From: Thermodesulfobacteriota bacterium
GTDB lineage: Bacteria; Desulfobacterota_D; UBA1144; Nemesobacterales; Nemesobacteraceae
Length of the DNA: 64,000 bases
Direction of reading: 5' to 3'
Assembly (NCBI GenBank): GCA_965202785.1
Contig: OZ241855.1
Location: 352,001 to 416,000 of the forward strand
The notes beneath the pieces are model-generated. The model was not told the origin of the DNA, made no database searches, and worked only from the letters and a program-made list of their open reading frames with translations. This document shows positions 49,987 through 60,009 of the stretch, in pieces. A program made the position numbers and the translations under genes. Each line of letters opens with the position of its first letter. Position 1 is the stretch's first letter.

Positions 49987-51480
49987 ATGAAATCTAGAAT
50001 ACACGGAATGTTTTTGAGCTTGTTTTTTGCGCTGGGGCTTTGTTTTTCATTCAGTATTGAAACATCGGCCCATGAGTATACCAATTCCGCCGGAACCACA
50101 TATACACATGGTGAAGATATCAATATAAGCGCGGCGGATGTCGGTCCTGCAAGTGTTGAGGATATGAAGAAGTTTGTTCGTCATCTAGCCAACCATCTTG
50201 ATCAGATTCAAAACGATACGAGCCTTGACGAGACAAGGCAGGAAAAGTCATGGGAGATAGTAATATTCGCAAACCATGCAAGAGAAATAGGCACTCTCAA
50301 CAATGGGAGTGATGTTTACGTTATAGGAGTAACCCCCAGAGGGGCCATAACGAATCACGGGCTGCATCAAAATCTCTTCGGCTACAGATATGATTCTTCC
50401 CAAGATCCATTGCAAACTTTGCTTGGTGATACCGTCCCCAGATTCTCGGACACCGTTGATCCGGTGTGCGCAACGTATGACAACGGAAACAGAGTGGCCT
50501 GCGCGGTCAGACAAGATACCCCAGTGGGGCTGATAACGACCATAGCGGGTCTTCATCACGGGGAGGACGACTACGCTCAAGCTCCCAACTGCGATGATTT
50601 CACTCTTGCGGTTACGGCCAAGGATGTTGAAGACGAGACAGATCCTGTTAGGAAGAAAGACCGTCTTAAAGATTACGTAAAAGGGGTTATTGCGATATCT
50701 ACAAAGCTGCTAGCAGATATAGGGCTAGAGGTAGCCCTGGAGCTAGGCATTTTTGATCCTGCAGACCCAGCAGCCGCAGCAGAAACAAATGCAAGGTTCT
50801 ACGAAAAAGCGCCTTGCTTTCAGAAGGAACCTGATTTCCGTTACGGCTCCATATACGCTTTCATTATGGACCCGACACGTGGAGTCGTGTTCCTGAGCGG
50901 AAACGATTTTACCCGAAACGGTCTAAGAGTTCAGTTAGTGGACCCGGAACCGATTCCGTATGATGAAACGGGAACGCATATCGAACCAAATATCCTGTAC
51001 GCTATTCACAGGACACTGACAGGGACTACACCACCAGAAGGTATGGCCGACCCAAATGAGATAGAACACGGAGACTCGGGCTTCTTCAGATATCACTGGT
51101 CCAATCCTCTGAAACCGGAGCTTAACACCCCAGACTATCTGGAGAGGACACCACCCGCGACTCCCGGCAGAGCGCTCAAGGAAAGCTACGTCGAGGCAGT
51201 GGACCTGCTCGCTGATTCGCCTGTGATGCTTCCGCCTGGGTTCAAAGCCTTATTCGTGTTTGGTTCCGGAATTTACCCGGAGGAGGACGACATGATGCCG
51301 GGCGATGACATGATGCCGGAAATGCCGGAGATGCCAGAGATGCCAGAAATGATGGCGGAGGACGACGATGACGGGTGCTCCATCGCCGCAGCTGACAACG
51401 CACCTCAAAGTGCCTTGTTTAACCTTTTACTGATAGCATCCGTTTTATTCTCAGCCGTTTTTTTGAGAAAGCGCGGTTAG
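49987..51480 (+). CDS. Secreted protein with two Cache-like modules, (PEM)n linker and GC-CTERM anchor
   Basis: Signal peptide; SAADV..DMKKFV and TAKDV..LKDYV; FRYGSIYAFIMD; YHW.NP..KESYV; tail DDDGCSI..SALFNLLL..RKRG. Confidence 0.75.
   Translation: MKSRIHGMFLSLFFALGLCFSFSIETSAHEYTNSAGTTYTHGEDINISAADVGPASVEDMKKFVRHLANHLDQIQNDTSLDETRQEKSWEIVIFANHAREIGTLNNGSDVYVIGVTPRGAITNHGLHQNLFGYRYDSSQDPLQTLLGDTVPRFSDTVDPVCATYDNGNRVACAVRQDTPVGLITTIAGLHHGEDDYAQAPNCDDFTLAVTAKDVEDETDPVRKKDRLKDYVKGVIAISTKLLADIGLEVALELGIFDPADPAAAAETNARFYEKAPCFQKEPDFRYGSIYAFIMDPTRGVVFLSGNDFTRNGLRVQLVDPEPIPYDETGTHIEPNILYAIHRTLTGTTPPEGMADPNEIEHGDSGFFRYHWSNPLKPELNTPDYLERTPPATPGRALKESYVEAVDLLADSPVMLPPGFKALFVFGSGIYPEEDDMMPGDDMMPEMPEMPEMPEMMAEDDDDGCSIAAADNAPQSALFNLLLIASVLFSAVFLRKRG
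51286..51354 (+). repeat. Coding tandem repeats (DDMMP)2(EMP)3
   Basis: atgccggaa/atgccggag/atgccagag/atgccagaa 9-bp units. Confidence 0.8.
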
Positions 51481-51540
51481 GCAAAAGCAAATATTTTTTC
51501 CGCGAGCGTTTATCCATTGCCCGGAGAAAAAACTGATCCA

Positions 51541-51574
51541 GCGAGGGCAGCTTTTCATAATAAGCTGCCCTCGC
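51541..51574 (+). terminator. 13-bp stem hairpin downstream of the surface-protein gene
   Basis: GCGAGGGCAGCTT-N8-AAGCTGCCCTCGC; weak U tail. Confidence 0.55.
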
Positions 51575-51906
51575 ATCTCTCCTTCGTGTTTTTAACTCCC
51601 CCACCTCATTAACCGTTAAACAAGACGTTCATAAGTATCGACCAAAGCGCCAAATAAGCATTGAGCAAGTGCGACTTTTTCACCGACTGGGGTAAAAACT
51701 CCCTACACCTTCTATAATCGTCATGGATTCGCCGTACTGAATCACTTGTTGTCATCCATTTTCCTGTAAGACCCCGAAGATAGCATATTCTCCGTCTCGT
51801 CCTTCAGAAGAGGCTTCTAGAAAAAAAATAAGATGAAAAAGAGTGTTCTTGGGAAACAAGTCCGGGTTTGATTGCGAGAACTTTGTACGGTATAAATTCT
51901 CAGGCT

Positions 51907-53382
51907 ATGCCAGACGCAGAAATAAAGTGCAATCTTTTCATTGACGGCGAGGAAAAAACACCCGCAAGCGGTTCCTATTCAATAAGGGAGAACCCGGCAA
52001 CGGAGAAACCCCTGGCGGAGGTCGCCCAGGCAGGACCGGAGGACGTTGACACGGCAGTACGGGCCGCCGAGCGAGCCTTTTCCTCGTGGTCGAGGCTCCC
52101 CGCATCGGAACGCGCCAAATACCTCCTTCGGATCGCGGAGACACTCTCGGATAACAAAGACGCAATCGCCCTTTTAAACACCCGCGAGACGGGAAAACCC
52201 ATCCGTGAGAGCGGAGCAGTGGAGATAGGCGGTTCAGTGAGAACGCTTGAATACTACTCCGGCGCTCACACGCGCCTAAACGGAGAGACCCTGCAGGTAA
52301 ATGAAAACCAGATATCTCTCACGATAAAGGAACCCGTGGGGGTCGCGGCGCACATAATCCCTTGGAATTTCCCCCTTCTTCTTTCCTTCTGGAAAATAGC
52401 CCCCGCGCTTGTGGCCGGATGCACCGTGGTCATAAAACCCGCGGAGCTCACCTCGTGCGGAATCTTCGAGGTAGCGAAACTCTGCTCCGAGGCGGGACTT
52501 CCCGACGGCGTGCTCAACGTGGTGCCCGGAGAAGGATCCGTAGCCGGCCAGGCGCTTACCGAGCACCCAGGGATAGGAAAAATAGCGTTTACGGGCTCGA
52601 CCGAGGTCGGAAAAAACGTCATGAGAACGGCAGCTGGGAATCTAAAAAGAGTGTCCCTTGAGCTTGGCGGCAAGGCTCCTTGCATAGTCTTTCCGGACGC
52701 AAACGTCGAAGTAGCAGTAGAGGCGTGTCTTCGCGGAGGCTTTTTTAACCAGGGAGAGAACTGCACAGCAGTGACCAGACTAATGCTCCACGAGGAGATA
52801 TACGATGAGTTCCTCTCCTCTTATCTTGACAGGGTATCAAGGATAAAAATCGGAGACCCCGAGGATCCGGAAACCGAGTTCGGGACGGTGATTTCAAAGG
52901 AGCATTACGAAAACGTGATGGACTACATCGAAAAAGGCGTCTCGGAGGGAGCCCGGGTGGTCGCGGGCGGGGCCCGTCCCGAGGGATTCGACAAGGGTTA
53001 CTACATAGCGCCAACCGTTATAGAGGACATCCCTCCCGGCTCGGTCCTGCTGCGTGAGGAGATATTCGGGCCCGTGGTCTGCGTCATTCCCTTTAAGACC
53101 GAGGAAGAAGCCGTTGCGGCGGCAAATGACGTCGAGTACGGACTCGCCGGGGGAATCTGGACCCGGGACATAAACCGTGCGCTCAGGGTCGCAAAGGCCG
53201 TAAAGGCCGGTTACCTCTGGGTAAACACCTACGGGGGCATAATCCCCGAAACTCCCTACGGAGGGTTCAAGCAGAGCGGAATTGGAAAGGAGCTGGGAGC
53301 CGAGGGTATAGACAACTACCTTGAAACCAAGTGCGTTAACATATTTACCGGGGAGAGCACCGGAAAGTGGTACAAGGGATAG
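51907..53382 (+). CDS. NAD-dependent aldehyde dehydrogenase
   Basis: PWNFP, FTGSTEVG, LELGGK, NQGENCTA, EEIFGPV. Confidence 0.93.
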   Translation: MPDAEIKCNLFIDGEEKTPASGSYSIRENPATEKPLAEVAQAGPEDVDTAVRAAERAFSSWSRLPASERAKYLLRIAETLSDNKDAIALLNTRETGKPIRESGAVEIGGSVRTLEYYSGAHTRLNGETLQVNENQISLTIKEPVGVAAHIIPWNFPLLLSFWKIAPALVAGCTVVIKPAELTSCGIFEVAKLCSEAGLPDGVLNVVPGEGSVAGQALTEHPGIGKIAFTGSTEVGKNVMRTAAGNLKRVSLELGGKAPCIVFPDANVEVAVEACLRGGFFNQGENCTAVTRLMLHEEIYDEFLSSYLDRVSRIKIGDPEDPETEFGTVISKEHYENVMDYIEKGVSEGARVVAGGARPEGFDKGYYIAPTVIEDIPPGSVLLREEIFGPVVCVIPFKTEEEAVAAANDVEYGLAGGIWTRDINRALRVAKAVKAGYLWVNTYGGIIPETPYGGFKQSGIGKELGAEGIDNYLETKCVNIFTGESTGKWYKG

Positions 53383-53385
53383 CTG

Positions 53386-54177
53386 ATGAATTTTGAAGAC
53401 ATAACCTACGAAAAAACGGGCGGAGTCGCCTTCGTGACCATAAACCGCCCCCAAGCCCTTAACGCTTTCCGGGACGTAACGCTTAACGAGATGATCAAGG
53501 CCTTCACAGACGCCTGGGCGGATGAGCAGGTCGGCGTGGTGGTCCTCCGGGGTGCCGGCGGCAAGGCGTTTTCCAGCGGAGGGGATCTCAAGGAGAAAAA
53601 AAGCGGCGCCGGGGGAAAAGACGGGCTTCTCGGAGTCGGGGATTACGTTTCCCATCTCCATTATCTCATAAGAAACATACCGAAGCCGGTCATAGCCGCG
53701 GTTAGGGGCTACGCCATAGGCGGAGGGAACATACTGCAGTTCATGTGCGACCTGACAATCGCTTCTGAGGACTCCGTTTTCGGGCAGGTAGGACCGAAGG
53801 TGGGAAGCGTGGATCCGGGCTTCGGAACGGCTTACCTCTCAAGACTTATAGGCGAGAGAAAAGCAAGGGAGATGTGGTATCTCTGCAGGCAGTACTCGGC
53901 CGAAGAAGCCCTTGAGATGGGACTTATAAACAGGGTTGTCCCCCCAGATGAGCTGGACTCGGAGGTAAACATCTGGTGCGAGGAGCTTTTATCGAAAAGC
54001 CCGACCGCCCTTAAGCTTGCCAAGTACTCCTTTAACTCCGGGACCGACGGCCTTTTCGGAATATCGAGCATGGGCAAGGCATCCCTTGATCTTTTCAAGG
54101 GAACCGAAGAGGCAGCCGAGGGAACTAGGGCGTTTATAGAGAAAAGACCGCCTGATTTCTCGCTCTACAGAAAGTAG
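53386..54177 (+). CDS. badI: BadI-like 2-ketocyclohexanecarboxyl-CoA hydrolase (MenB-related crotonase)
   Basis: GGGN, GQVGPKVGSVDPGFGTAYL (BadI-type SVDPG rather than MenB SFDGG). Confidence 0.7.
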   Translation: MNFEDITYEKTGGVAFVTINRPQALNAFRDVTLNEMIKAFTDAWADEQVGVVVLRGAGGKAFSSGGDLKEKKSGAGGKDGLLGVGDYVSHLHYLIRNIPKPVIAAVRGYAIGGGNILQFMCDLTIASEDSVFGQVGPKVGSVDPGFGTAYLSRLIGERKAREMWYLCRQYSAEEALEMGLINRVVPPDELDSEVNIWCEELLSKSPTALKLAKYSFNSGTDGLFGISSMGKASLDLFKGTEEAAEGTRAFIEKRPPDFSLYRK

Positions 54178-54267
54178 TCCGCGTCGCAGACTCAGTGGCC
54201 ATCTCCGCCGCTTGAATTATCCGAACTTTACTCTATAATACAGGGTTTTTATATTTTCGAGGCCACC

Positions 54268-55215
54268 ATGGAAATACAACACATGAAAATATTCAGCGGG
54301 ATGTCAAATCATCCTCTGTTTGAGGACGTATGCAACTATCTTGATGTCTCTCCCGGGCAGATGGAGATAACCCGTTTTAGCGACGGAGAAATCTTCGTCG
54401 ACATAAGGGAGAGCGTGAGGGGTTCGAACGTTTTTCTGATACAGTCCACATGTCCTCCCGTGAACGAAAACATTATGGAACTTCTTGTGATCACTGACGC
54501 GCTCAAGCGTGCCTCTGCAAGATCCATAACCGCCGTCATACCGTATTACGGGTATGCAAGGCAGGACCGCAAGGTTCAGCCGCGCGCTCCGATAAGCGCC
54601 AAGCTCGCCGCGGACCTGATAGTCGTGGCGGGAGCGAGCAAGATAGTTACCATGGATCTCCACGCCGGCCAGATACAGGGATTTTTCGATGTTCCGGTAA
54701 CCCACCTCTACGCCACGCCCGTGATAATCAACTACCTGCGGGAGAAGTATCCCGACGGCGAAATGGTAATCGTTTCCCCTGACGCGGGAGGAGTTGAGAG
54801 GGCAACCGAGTTCGCAGACAGAACCCACTCCGAAATCGCCATCTGTTACAAGAGAAGGCCCGCTCCCAACGTTGCGCAAATTAGCAACATAATCGGCGAC
54901 GTGGAAGACAAGCACGCAATAATTGTCGACGATCTGGTGGACACAGCCGGAACCGCCACGGAAGCTGCTAGAGTGCTTCTTGAGAAAGGCGCGAAAAGCG
55001 TATCGCTCTGCTGTACACACGGCGTTCTTTCAGGACCCGCTCTTGACAGAATAAACAACTCGGACATTGACGAAGTAATAATCACAAACACCATTCCCCA
55101 GAAGGAAAACCAGAAAAAAAGTACAAAAATCACAGTACTCAGCATTGCCGACCTGATCGGCGAAGCGATAAAGAGAACGGCACTCGGGGAATCGATAAGC
55201 GCACTATTCACTTAA
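54268..55215 (+). CDS. prs: Ribose-phosphate pyrophosphokinase
   Basis: FSDGE, PYYGYARQDR, DLHAGQ, DDLVDTAGT. Confidence 0.96.
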   Translation: MEIQHMKIFSGMSNHPLFEDVCNYLDVSPGQMEITRFSDGEIFVDIRESVRGSNVFLIQSTCPPVNENIMELLVITDALKRASARSITAVIPYYGYARQDRKVQPRAPISAKLAADLIVVAGASKIVTMDLHAGQIQGFFDVPVTHLYATPVIINYLREKYPDGEMVIVSPDAGGVERATEFADRTHSEIAICYKRRPAPNVAQISNIIGDVEDKHAIIVDDLVDTAGTATEAARVLLEKGAKSVSLCCTHGVLSGPALDRINNSDIDEVIITNTIPQKENQKKSTKITVLSIADLIGEAIKRTALGESISALFT

Positions 55216-55236
55216 AGGAAATCCAGGAGAAAAACC

Positions 55237-55866
55237 ATGGTACAGAGCTCACTTCGGGTAAAACCCAGAATAAGAATCGGTAAAAGCGGAGCTAGGGAAG
55301 TAAGAAAGGAAGGAAACATACCAGCCATATTTTACGGGCAGGGAGAGGACCCGATACCGCTTGTGGTGAGTCCCGACGAACTTAAGCGGGCGCTTTCAAA
55401 CAGCGCCGGAATAAACACCGTTTTGGAACTTGAGATAGACGGTTCCGAATCCCCCGCGAAAAAGTTCTCGATGGTGAAGGAAATCCAGAGAGACCCCATT
55501 AAAAACAGGGTAATCCATCTTGATTTTCTGGCTATCGACATGAAAAAAAGCGTCAGGGTAAAGGTTCCGGTAAGCACCCGGGGAAGATCCGAAGGGGAGA
55601 GAACAGGGGGCAAGCTCGAAAAACTGATGAGAACCATTGACCTTGAATGCCTGCCGGGCGATATTCCCGATCTGATAGAAATAGACGTGAGCTCTCTCGG
55701 CATAGGAGGTTTCGTGGACATAACAGGCCTCGAGTTCGGCGAGGGAGTAAAACCGGTTAGAGACGGCAGCGAAAAAGTCGTCCAGGTGATAGCCCAGCGC
55801 TCAATAGATATAGAGGCTGAGGAAATCGAAGAAGAAGAGGAACAGGAAGCCGAACCCCAGGAATAA
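55237..55866 (+). CDS. rplY: 50S ribosomal protein L25/Ctc
   Basis: IPAIFYG, QRDP..HLDF; position between prs and pth. Confidence 0.93.
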   Translation: MVQSSLRVKPRIRIGKSGAREVRKEGNIPAIFYGQGEDPIPLVVSPDELKRALSNSAGINTVLELEIDGSESPAKKFSMVKEIQRDPIKNRVIHLDFLAIDMKKSVRVKVPVSTRGRSEGERTGGKLEKLMRTIDLECLPGDIPDLIEIDVSSLGIGGFVDITGLEFGEGVKPVRDGSEKVVQVIAQRSIDIEAEEIEEEEEQEAEPQE

Positions 55867-55878
55867 GTCACCGAATCC

Positions 55879-56451
55879 ATGCGATACCTGATTGCCGGCC
55901 TGGGAAATCCCGGTTCCGCCTACGACAATACGAGACACAACATAGGCTTTCGCGCGGCTGAGCGGGTGGCTGAACGCCTAGGCGTAAAAATCGGCAAGAA
56001 AAAATTCAGAAGTCTCTGCGCGGAGGCACTTTATTCGGATAAAAAGCTGCTGATAATAAAGCCCCAGACCTTCATGAACGCAAGCGGCGAGGCGCTTCGC
56101 GAGACAAAGGAATTCTACAAGATAGCGGTTGAGCAGATAATCGTGGTCTACGATGAACTTGATCTCCCCTTGGGAAACATAAGGGTGAACAGGGGAGGAG
56201 GTTCGGCCGGGCATAACGGAATAAGATCCGTGATAGCTTCTTTGGGTTCCGGAGAATTCTGCAGGGTGAGAATCGGCATAGGAAAGCCATCGGGGAAAAA
56301 AGAGGGTCGGGATCACGTTCTCTCCACATTCGCCGCAGATGAGAGGGACACGGCGGCGGAGATGGTCGAGACCGCGGTCGAGGCGACACTTGAGATAATA
56401 AGCGCCGGGGTGGATTCGGCAATGAACAAATTTAACAGTCGACTGAACTGA
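55879..56451 (+). CDS. pth: Peptidyl-tRNA hydrolase
   Basis: GLGNPG, TRHNIGF, KPQTFMN, GHNG. Confidence 0.96.
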   Translation: MRYLIAGLGNPGSAYDNTRHNIGFRAAERVAERLGVKIGKKKFRSLCAEALYSDKKLLIIKPQTFMNASGEALRETKEFYKIAVEQIIVVYDELDLPLGNIRVNRGGGSAGHNGIRSVIASLGSGEFCRVRIGIGKPSGKKEGRDHVLSTFAADERDTAAEMVETAVEATLEIISAGVDSAMNKFNSRLN

Positions 56452-56485
56452 AAAAAAACAATTCTCTACTAGGAGGAATTTACCA

Positions 56486-58558
56486 ATGGGTATGGGTGAA
56501 GTACTAGCGGGCAATATAGGACTTGTGGGAATCGTGGTAGGTCTTATCGTGCTCCTATACGCATTATTTGTATACAGGGGGATAAACAAGCTTCCTGAAG
56601 GAAACGACAAAATGAAGCAGATCGCTTCTGCGATTCACGAGGGAGCGATGGTGTTTTTGAAAAGAGAGTACAGGATAATTGGCCTTTTCGCCGCGATTGT
56701 TTTCGTTCTGCTCTCGGTGTTTCTTGGAATTGAAACCGGGGCCGCTTATCTCGGTGGGGCGATCTGTTCGCTTATAGCCGGGTTTTTCGGCATGAAGTCA
56801 GCCACAAAAGCTAACGTGAGAACAGCACAGGCGGCGGCTAGCGAAGGACAGGGAAAAGCCCTTGAAGTGGCTTTCCGGGGTGGAAACGTGATGGGGCTTT
56901 CGGTCGCGGGTCTGGGTCTCTTGGGACTCTCAGTCGTTTTCCTTCTGGGAATCGACCTTCAGGCAAAGCCCGAAGACAGCAGCCTTTTCACGGCGTTCTT
57001 AAAGGAATTCGGAGGAATGATAGGCGGGTTCGCAATGGGAGCCAGCACCGTGGCTCTTTTCGCAAGGATAGGCGGAGGCATATTCACCAAGGCCGCTGAC
57101 GTCGGAGCCGACCTCGTCGGAAAGGTGGAAGCCGGAATACCTGAGGACGATCCGAGAAATCCTGCTACGATCGCCGATAACGTCGGAGATAATGTCGGAG
57201 ACGTGGCGGGAATGGGTGCCGATCTTTTCGAATCCTACGTGGGAGCCGTAATCGCTACCGTAGTAATCGCGGCCAGCATGGCGACAAACCAGCTCGCCAT
57301 GATGTCGGTCCCGCTGATACTCATCATAATAGGAAGCCTCTCTTCGCTCGTGGGATCCAAGGCGGTAGGATGGCTAAGGGAAGGAGAACCAAGCGCTGTA
57401 CTTGAAAGATCCACCATATTTGCAGCGGTCGTATACTGCGCGATCTCCCTGCTGGCACTTTACGGGCTGGCGCAGGTGGAAAGCCTGTCCACCATGGGTA
57501 AACAGGGATACATAAGCATATGGATTACTTCCATAGCGGGTCTGCTCGCCGGAATACTGATCGGCAAGGTTACAGAGCATTTCACCTCGGGACCCCCGAT
57601 CAGGAAAATAGCAAAGGCCTCCGAGACGGGCGTTGCCACCAACATAATCGAGGGAATCGCTGTGGGAATGTACAGCACGGCTTACCCGGTGATCATAATC
57701 GCGGCGGCAATAGTGGTGTCTTACTGGTTCACGGGGCTTTATGGAATAGGGATAGCCGCGGTCAGCATGCTAGCGACCATAGGAATAACGATGTCGGTTG
57801 ATGCCTACGGTCCGGTCGCGGATAACGCGGGCGGTATCGCGGAGATGTCGGAACTCGGCGCGGACGTGAGAAAGATCACGGACAAGCTCGACTCCCTCGG
57901 CAACACAACCGCTGCCATAGGAAAAGGATTCGCCATCGGTTCCGCGGCCCTCTCCGCCCTTGCGCTTTTCGCCGCTTACACAAACGCTGTCGGACTTACC
58001 TCGATCGACATCACCCAGCCCAAGGTAGTGGCGGGAATGCTCGTGGGCGGAACGATCCCGTTTCTCATAGGCGCCCTGACCATGGGCTCCGTGGGAAGGT
58101 CGGCGCAGCAGATGGTGGAGGAAGTAAGAAGGCAGTTTCGGGAAATAACCGGACTTCTTGAAGGAAAGGCCACACCGGACTATGCAAGGTGCGTGCAGAT
58201 AAGCACAGACTCTTCCCTAAAAGAGATGATACTGCCGGGCATTACCGCAGTGGTAGTACCACTTATCATAGGTTTTGCCCTCGGAGAGGAAGCTCTCGGG
58301 GGTTTTCTCGCAGGTGCCGTTGTGGCGGGAGTCATGCTCGCGCTTATGATGGCGAACTCGGGCGGAGCTTGGGATAACGCAAAGAAATTCATAGAGGAAG
58401 GAAACTTGGGAGGAAAAGGGTCGGAGGCACACAAAGCCGCCGTTGTAGGAGACACGATAGGAGACCCGTTTAAGGATACATCCGGACCGGCGATGAACAT
58501 TTTGATCAAGCTCATGTCCATAGTATCACTCGTCGTGGCTCCCCTTCTCATACTATAA
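56486..58558 (+). CDS. hppA: Membrane pyrophosphatase, K+-dependent (likely Na+-pumping)
   Basis: [26 protein letters not shown] (Ala marks K+ dependence), GDPFKDT. Confidence 0.95.
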   Translation: MGMGEVLAGNIGLVGIVVGLIVLLYALFVYRGINKLPEGNDKMKQIASAIHEGAMVFLKREYRIIGLFAAIVFVLLSVFLGIETGAAYLGGAICSLIAGFFGMKSATKANVRTAQAAASEGQGKALEVAFRGGNVMGLSVAGLGLLGLSVVFLLGIDLQAKPEDSSLFTAFLKEFGGMIGGFAMGASTVALFARIGGGIFTKAADVGADLVGKVEAGIPEDDPRNPATIADNVGDNVGDVAGMGADLFESYVGAVIATVVIAASMATNQLAMMSVPLILIIIGSLSSLVGSKAVGWLREGEPSAVLERSTIFAAVVYCAISLLALYGLAQVESLSTMGKQGYISIWITSIAGLLAGILIGKVTEHFTSGPPIRKIAKASETGVATNIIEGIAVGMYSTAYPVIIIAAAIVVSYWFTGLYGIGIAAVSMLATIGITMSVDAYGPVADNAGGIAEMSELGADVRKITDKLDSLGNTTAAIGKGFAIGSAALSALALFAAYTNAVGLTSIDITQPKVVAGMLVGGTIPFLIGALTMGSVGRSAQQMVEEVRRQFREITGLLEGKATPDYARCVQISTDSSLKEMILPGITAVVVPLIIGFALGEEALGGFLAGAVVAGVMLALMMANSGGAWDNAKKFIEEGNLGGKGSEAHKAAVVGDTIGDPFKDTSGPAMNILIKLMSIVSLVVAPLLIL

Positions 58559-58574
58559 AATGGATATCTGAACT

Positions 58575-58605
58575 GCGGGCGGGGCTGTGACCCCGCCCGT
58601 TATTT
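58575..58605 (+). terminator. Intrinsic terminator after hppA
   Basis: GCGGGCGGGG-loop-CCCCGCCCGT-TATTT. Confidence 0.75.
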
Positions 58606-58631
58606 ACACAGTTTCCGAAAATCAGTATAAT
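58603..58631 (+). promoter_or_regulatory. Sigma70 promoter of the rpsF operon
   Basis: TTTACA-17-TATAAT. Confidence 0.8.
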
Positions 58632-58642
58632 AGTTTTTTCTG

Positions 58643-58697
58643 TTGCTCCTGACTTCTAAGCGATGACGTTCAGGGGCCTAAGACCAAGACAGGAGGC
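58643..58697 (+). ncRNA. S6:S18 ribosomal protein leader (cis-regulatory)
   Basis: TTGCTCCTG...GGGCC.AAGACCAA..CAGGAGG; CTCCTG can pair with the SD-containing CAGGAG; directly upstream of rpsF. Confidence 0.65.
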
Positions 58698-58704
58698 AGT
58701 AAGC

Positions 58705-59217
58705 ATGGCTATTGAGCCGACGAAGTACGAAACGCTTTACCTAGTAAGACCAGATATATCCCCCGAAGATCTTCTTACGATCCAGAACAGGGTCGAGCAG
58801 AGCGTGGCCGCAAACGGCGGAGAAATAATAAAATCCGAGAAATGGGCAGAAAGGGATCTTGCATACAGGATAGACAACTATACCAGAGGCACCTACTACA
58901 TAACCGTTTACGCATCTGAACCCGGGGCCGTAACGGACATAGAAAGATATTTCAACCTTTCCAAGAACAACGTTCTGCGCTTCATGACGGTAAAATATAT
59001 CGAGGAGCAAGAACCGACGGGTGCCGCGATGAGCGCCCCCCCGCAGGCGTCCGGGCAAGAGGACCAGAGCGCTTTTCAGACTCCTTCTCTAACGGCTGAG
59101 GAGCAAGCCAATGAAAGTGCCGAGCAGCCTCAGGAAACTCAAGAGCAGGCCGAAGAAAATCAGGAACAGCCTCAGGAAAACGAAGAACAGACTAAGGGAG
59201 GAGGCAGCGAATCATGA
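58705..59217 (+). CDS. rpsF: 30S ribosomal protein S6 with long acidic Q/E tail
   Basis: [24 protein letters not shown]. Confidence 0.93.
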   Translation: MAIEPTKYETLYLVRPDISPEDLLTIQNRVEQSVAANGGEIIKSEKWAERDLAYRIDNYTRGTYYITVYASEPGAVTDIERYFNLSKNNVLRFMTVKYIEEQEPTGAAMSAPPQASGQEDQSAFQTPSLTAEEQANESAEQPQETQEQAEENQEQPQENEEQTKGGGSES

Positions 59218-59468
59218 GCAGAAGAGCAATGGGCGGGGGAGGCAGAAGGTTTTACTCGCGCAGAAAGAAACCCAGAGACCTTGCCAAAGAAGGCAAGCAG
59301 ATAGATTACAAGGACATAGAACTTCTCTCTCAGTTCATAACGGAGAGAAAGAAGATACTGCCTAGGAGAAATACCGGGCTTTCCAGGCAGGAGCAGAGGA
59401 AGGTGGCGATCGCGATAAAGAGAGCCCGTTTCATGGCGCTTTTGCCGTACACGGTAACTCACAAGTGA
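59214..59468 (+). CDS. rpsR: 30S ribosomal protein S18 (Cys-less form)
   Basis: IDYKD..LL, KILPRR.TG, AIKRAR.MALLPY. Confidence 0.95.
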   Translation: MSRRAMGGGGRRFYSRRKKPRDLAKEGKQIDYKDIELLSQFITERKKILPRRNTGLSRQEQRKVAIAIKRARFMALLPYTVTHK

Positions 59469-59506
59469 TTCCCGGATACCGCTTAACCGATGCGCGGAGG
59501 TAAACA

Positions 59507-59959
59507 ATGAAAGTAATTCTGATTTCCGACGTTGAAAACATAGGAAGCGTTGGAGACGTAAAAGACGTGAGAAACGGGATGGCGAGGAACTATCTTTTTC
59601 CCCGCAAGCTCGCGATAAAGGCAACCGAGGCAAACCTTAAGGCTTGGGAAAGCAGGATAGAGGCGATAAGACTGCGCAAAACCGAAATTCTCGAAAACGC
59701 AAAGGCGCTAGCGGAGAAACTCAGAGGTCTTGAGATTTCCATATCCGCCAAGTCAGGGGAAGAAGACCGGCTGTTTGGATCAGTTACCTCGCAGAACATT
59801 TCCGATGCGCTAGCGGAGAAAGGATTTGAGATCTCAAGGAGGGATATAGCGCTTGACGGCACTATAAAAGCCCTTGGAACATACACGGTCGCTCTTAAGC
59901 TTCATACGGACGTGACCCAGCAGATAACCCTGAACGTCGTGAAGGAAGAAGAGCAGTAG
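59507..59959 (+). CDS. rplI: 50S ribosomal protein L9
   Basis: MKVIL..V.NG.ARNYLFP, RLFGSVT. Confidence 0.96.
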   Translation: MKVILISDVENIGSVGDVKDVRNGMARNYLFPRKLAIKATEANLKAWESRIEAIRLRKTEILENAKALAEKLRGLEISISAKSGEEDRLFGSVTSQNISDALAEKGFEISRRDIALDGTIKALGTYTVALKLHTDVTQQITLNVVKEEEQ

Positions 59960-60009
59960 AGTAGGAAAAAGCAGAAAGACTTATTGGCGTTTTTTCGGAG
60001 GAAAACCAC

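Noticed and set aside
51600-51860. Decayed gene in the intergenic region
   Set aside because: Fragments interrupted by stops, with no recognisable homology.
53386-54177. menB call
   Set aside because: Has SVDPG/GGGN rather than MenB SFDGG/GGGH; no men genes nearby.
54178-54267. tRNA-Gln, often found upstream of prs
   Set aside because: No cloverleaf or T-loop; only a TTGAAT..TATAAT promoter-like sequence.
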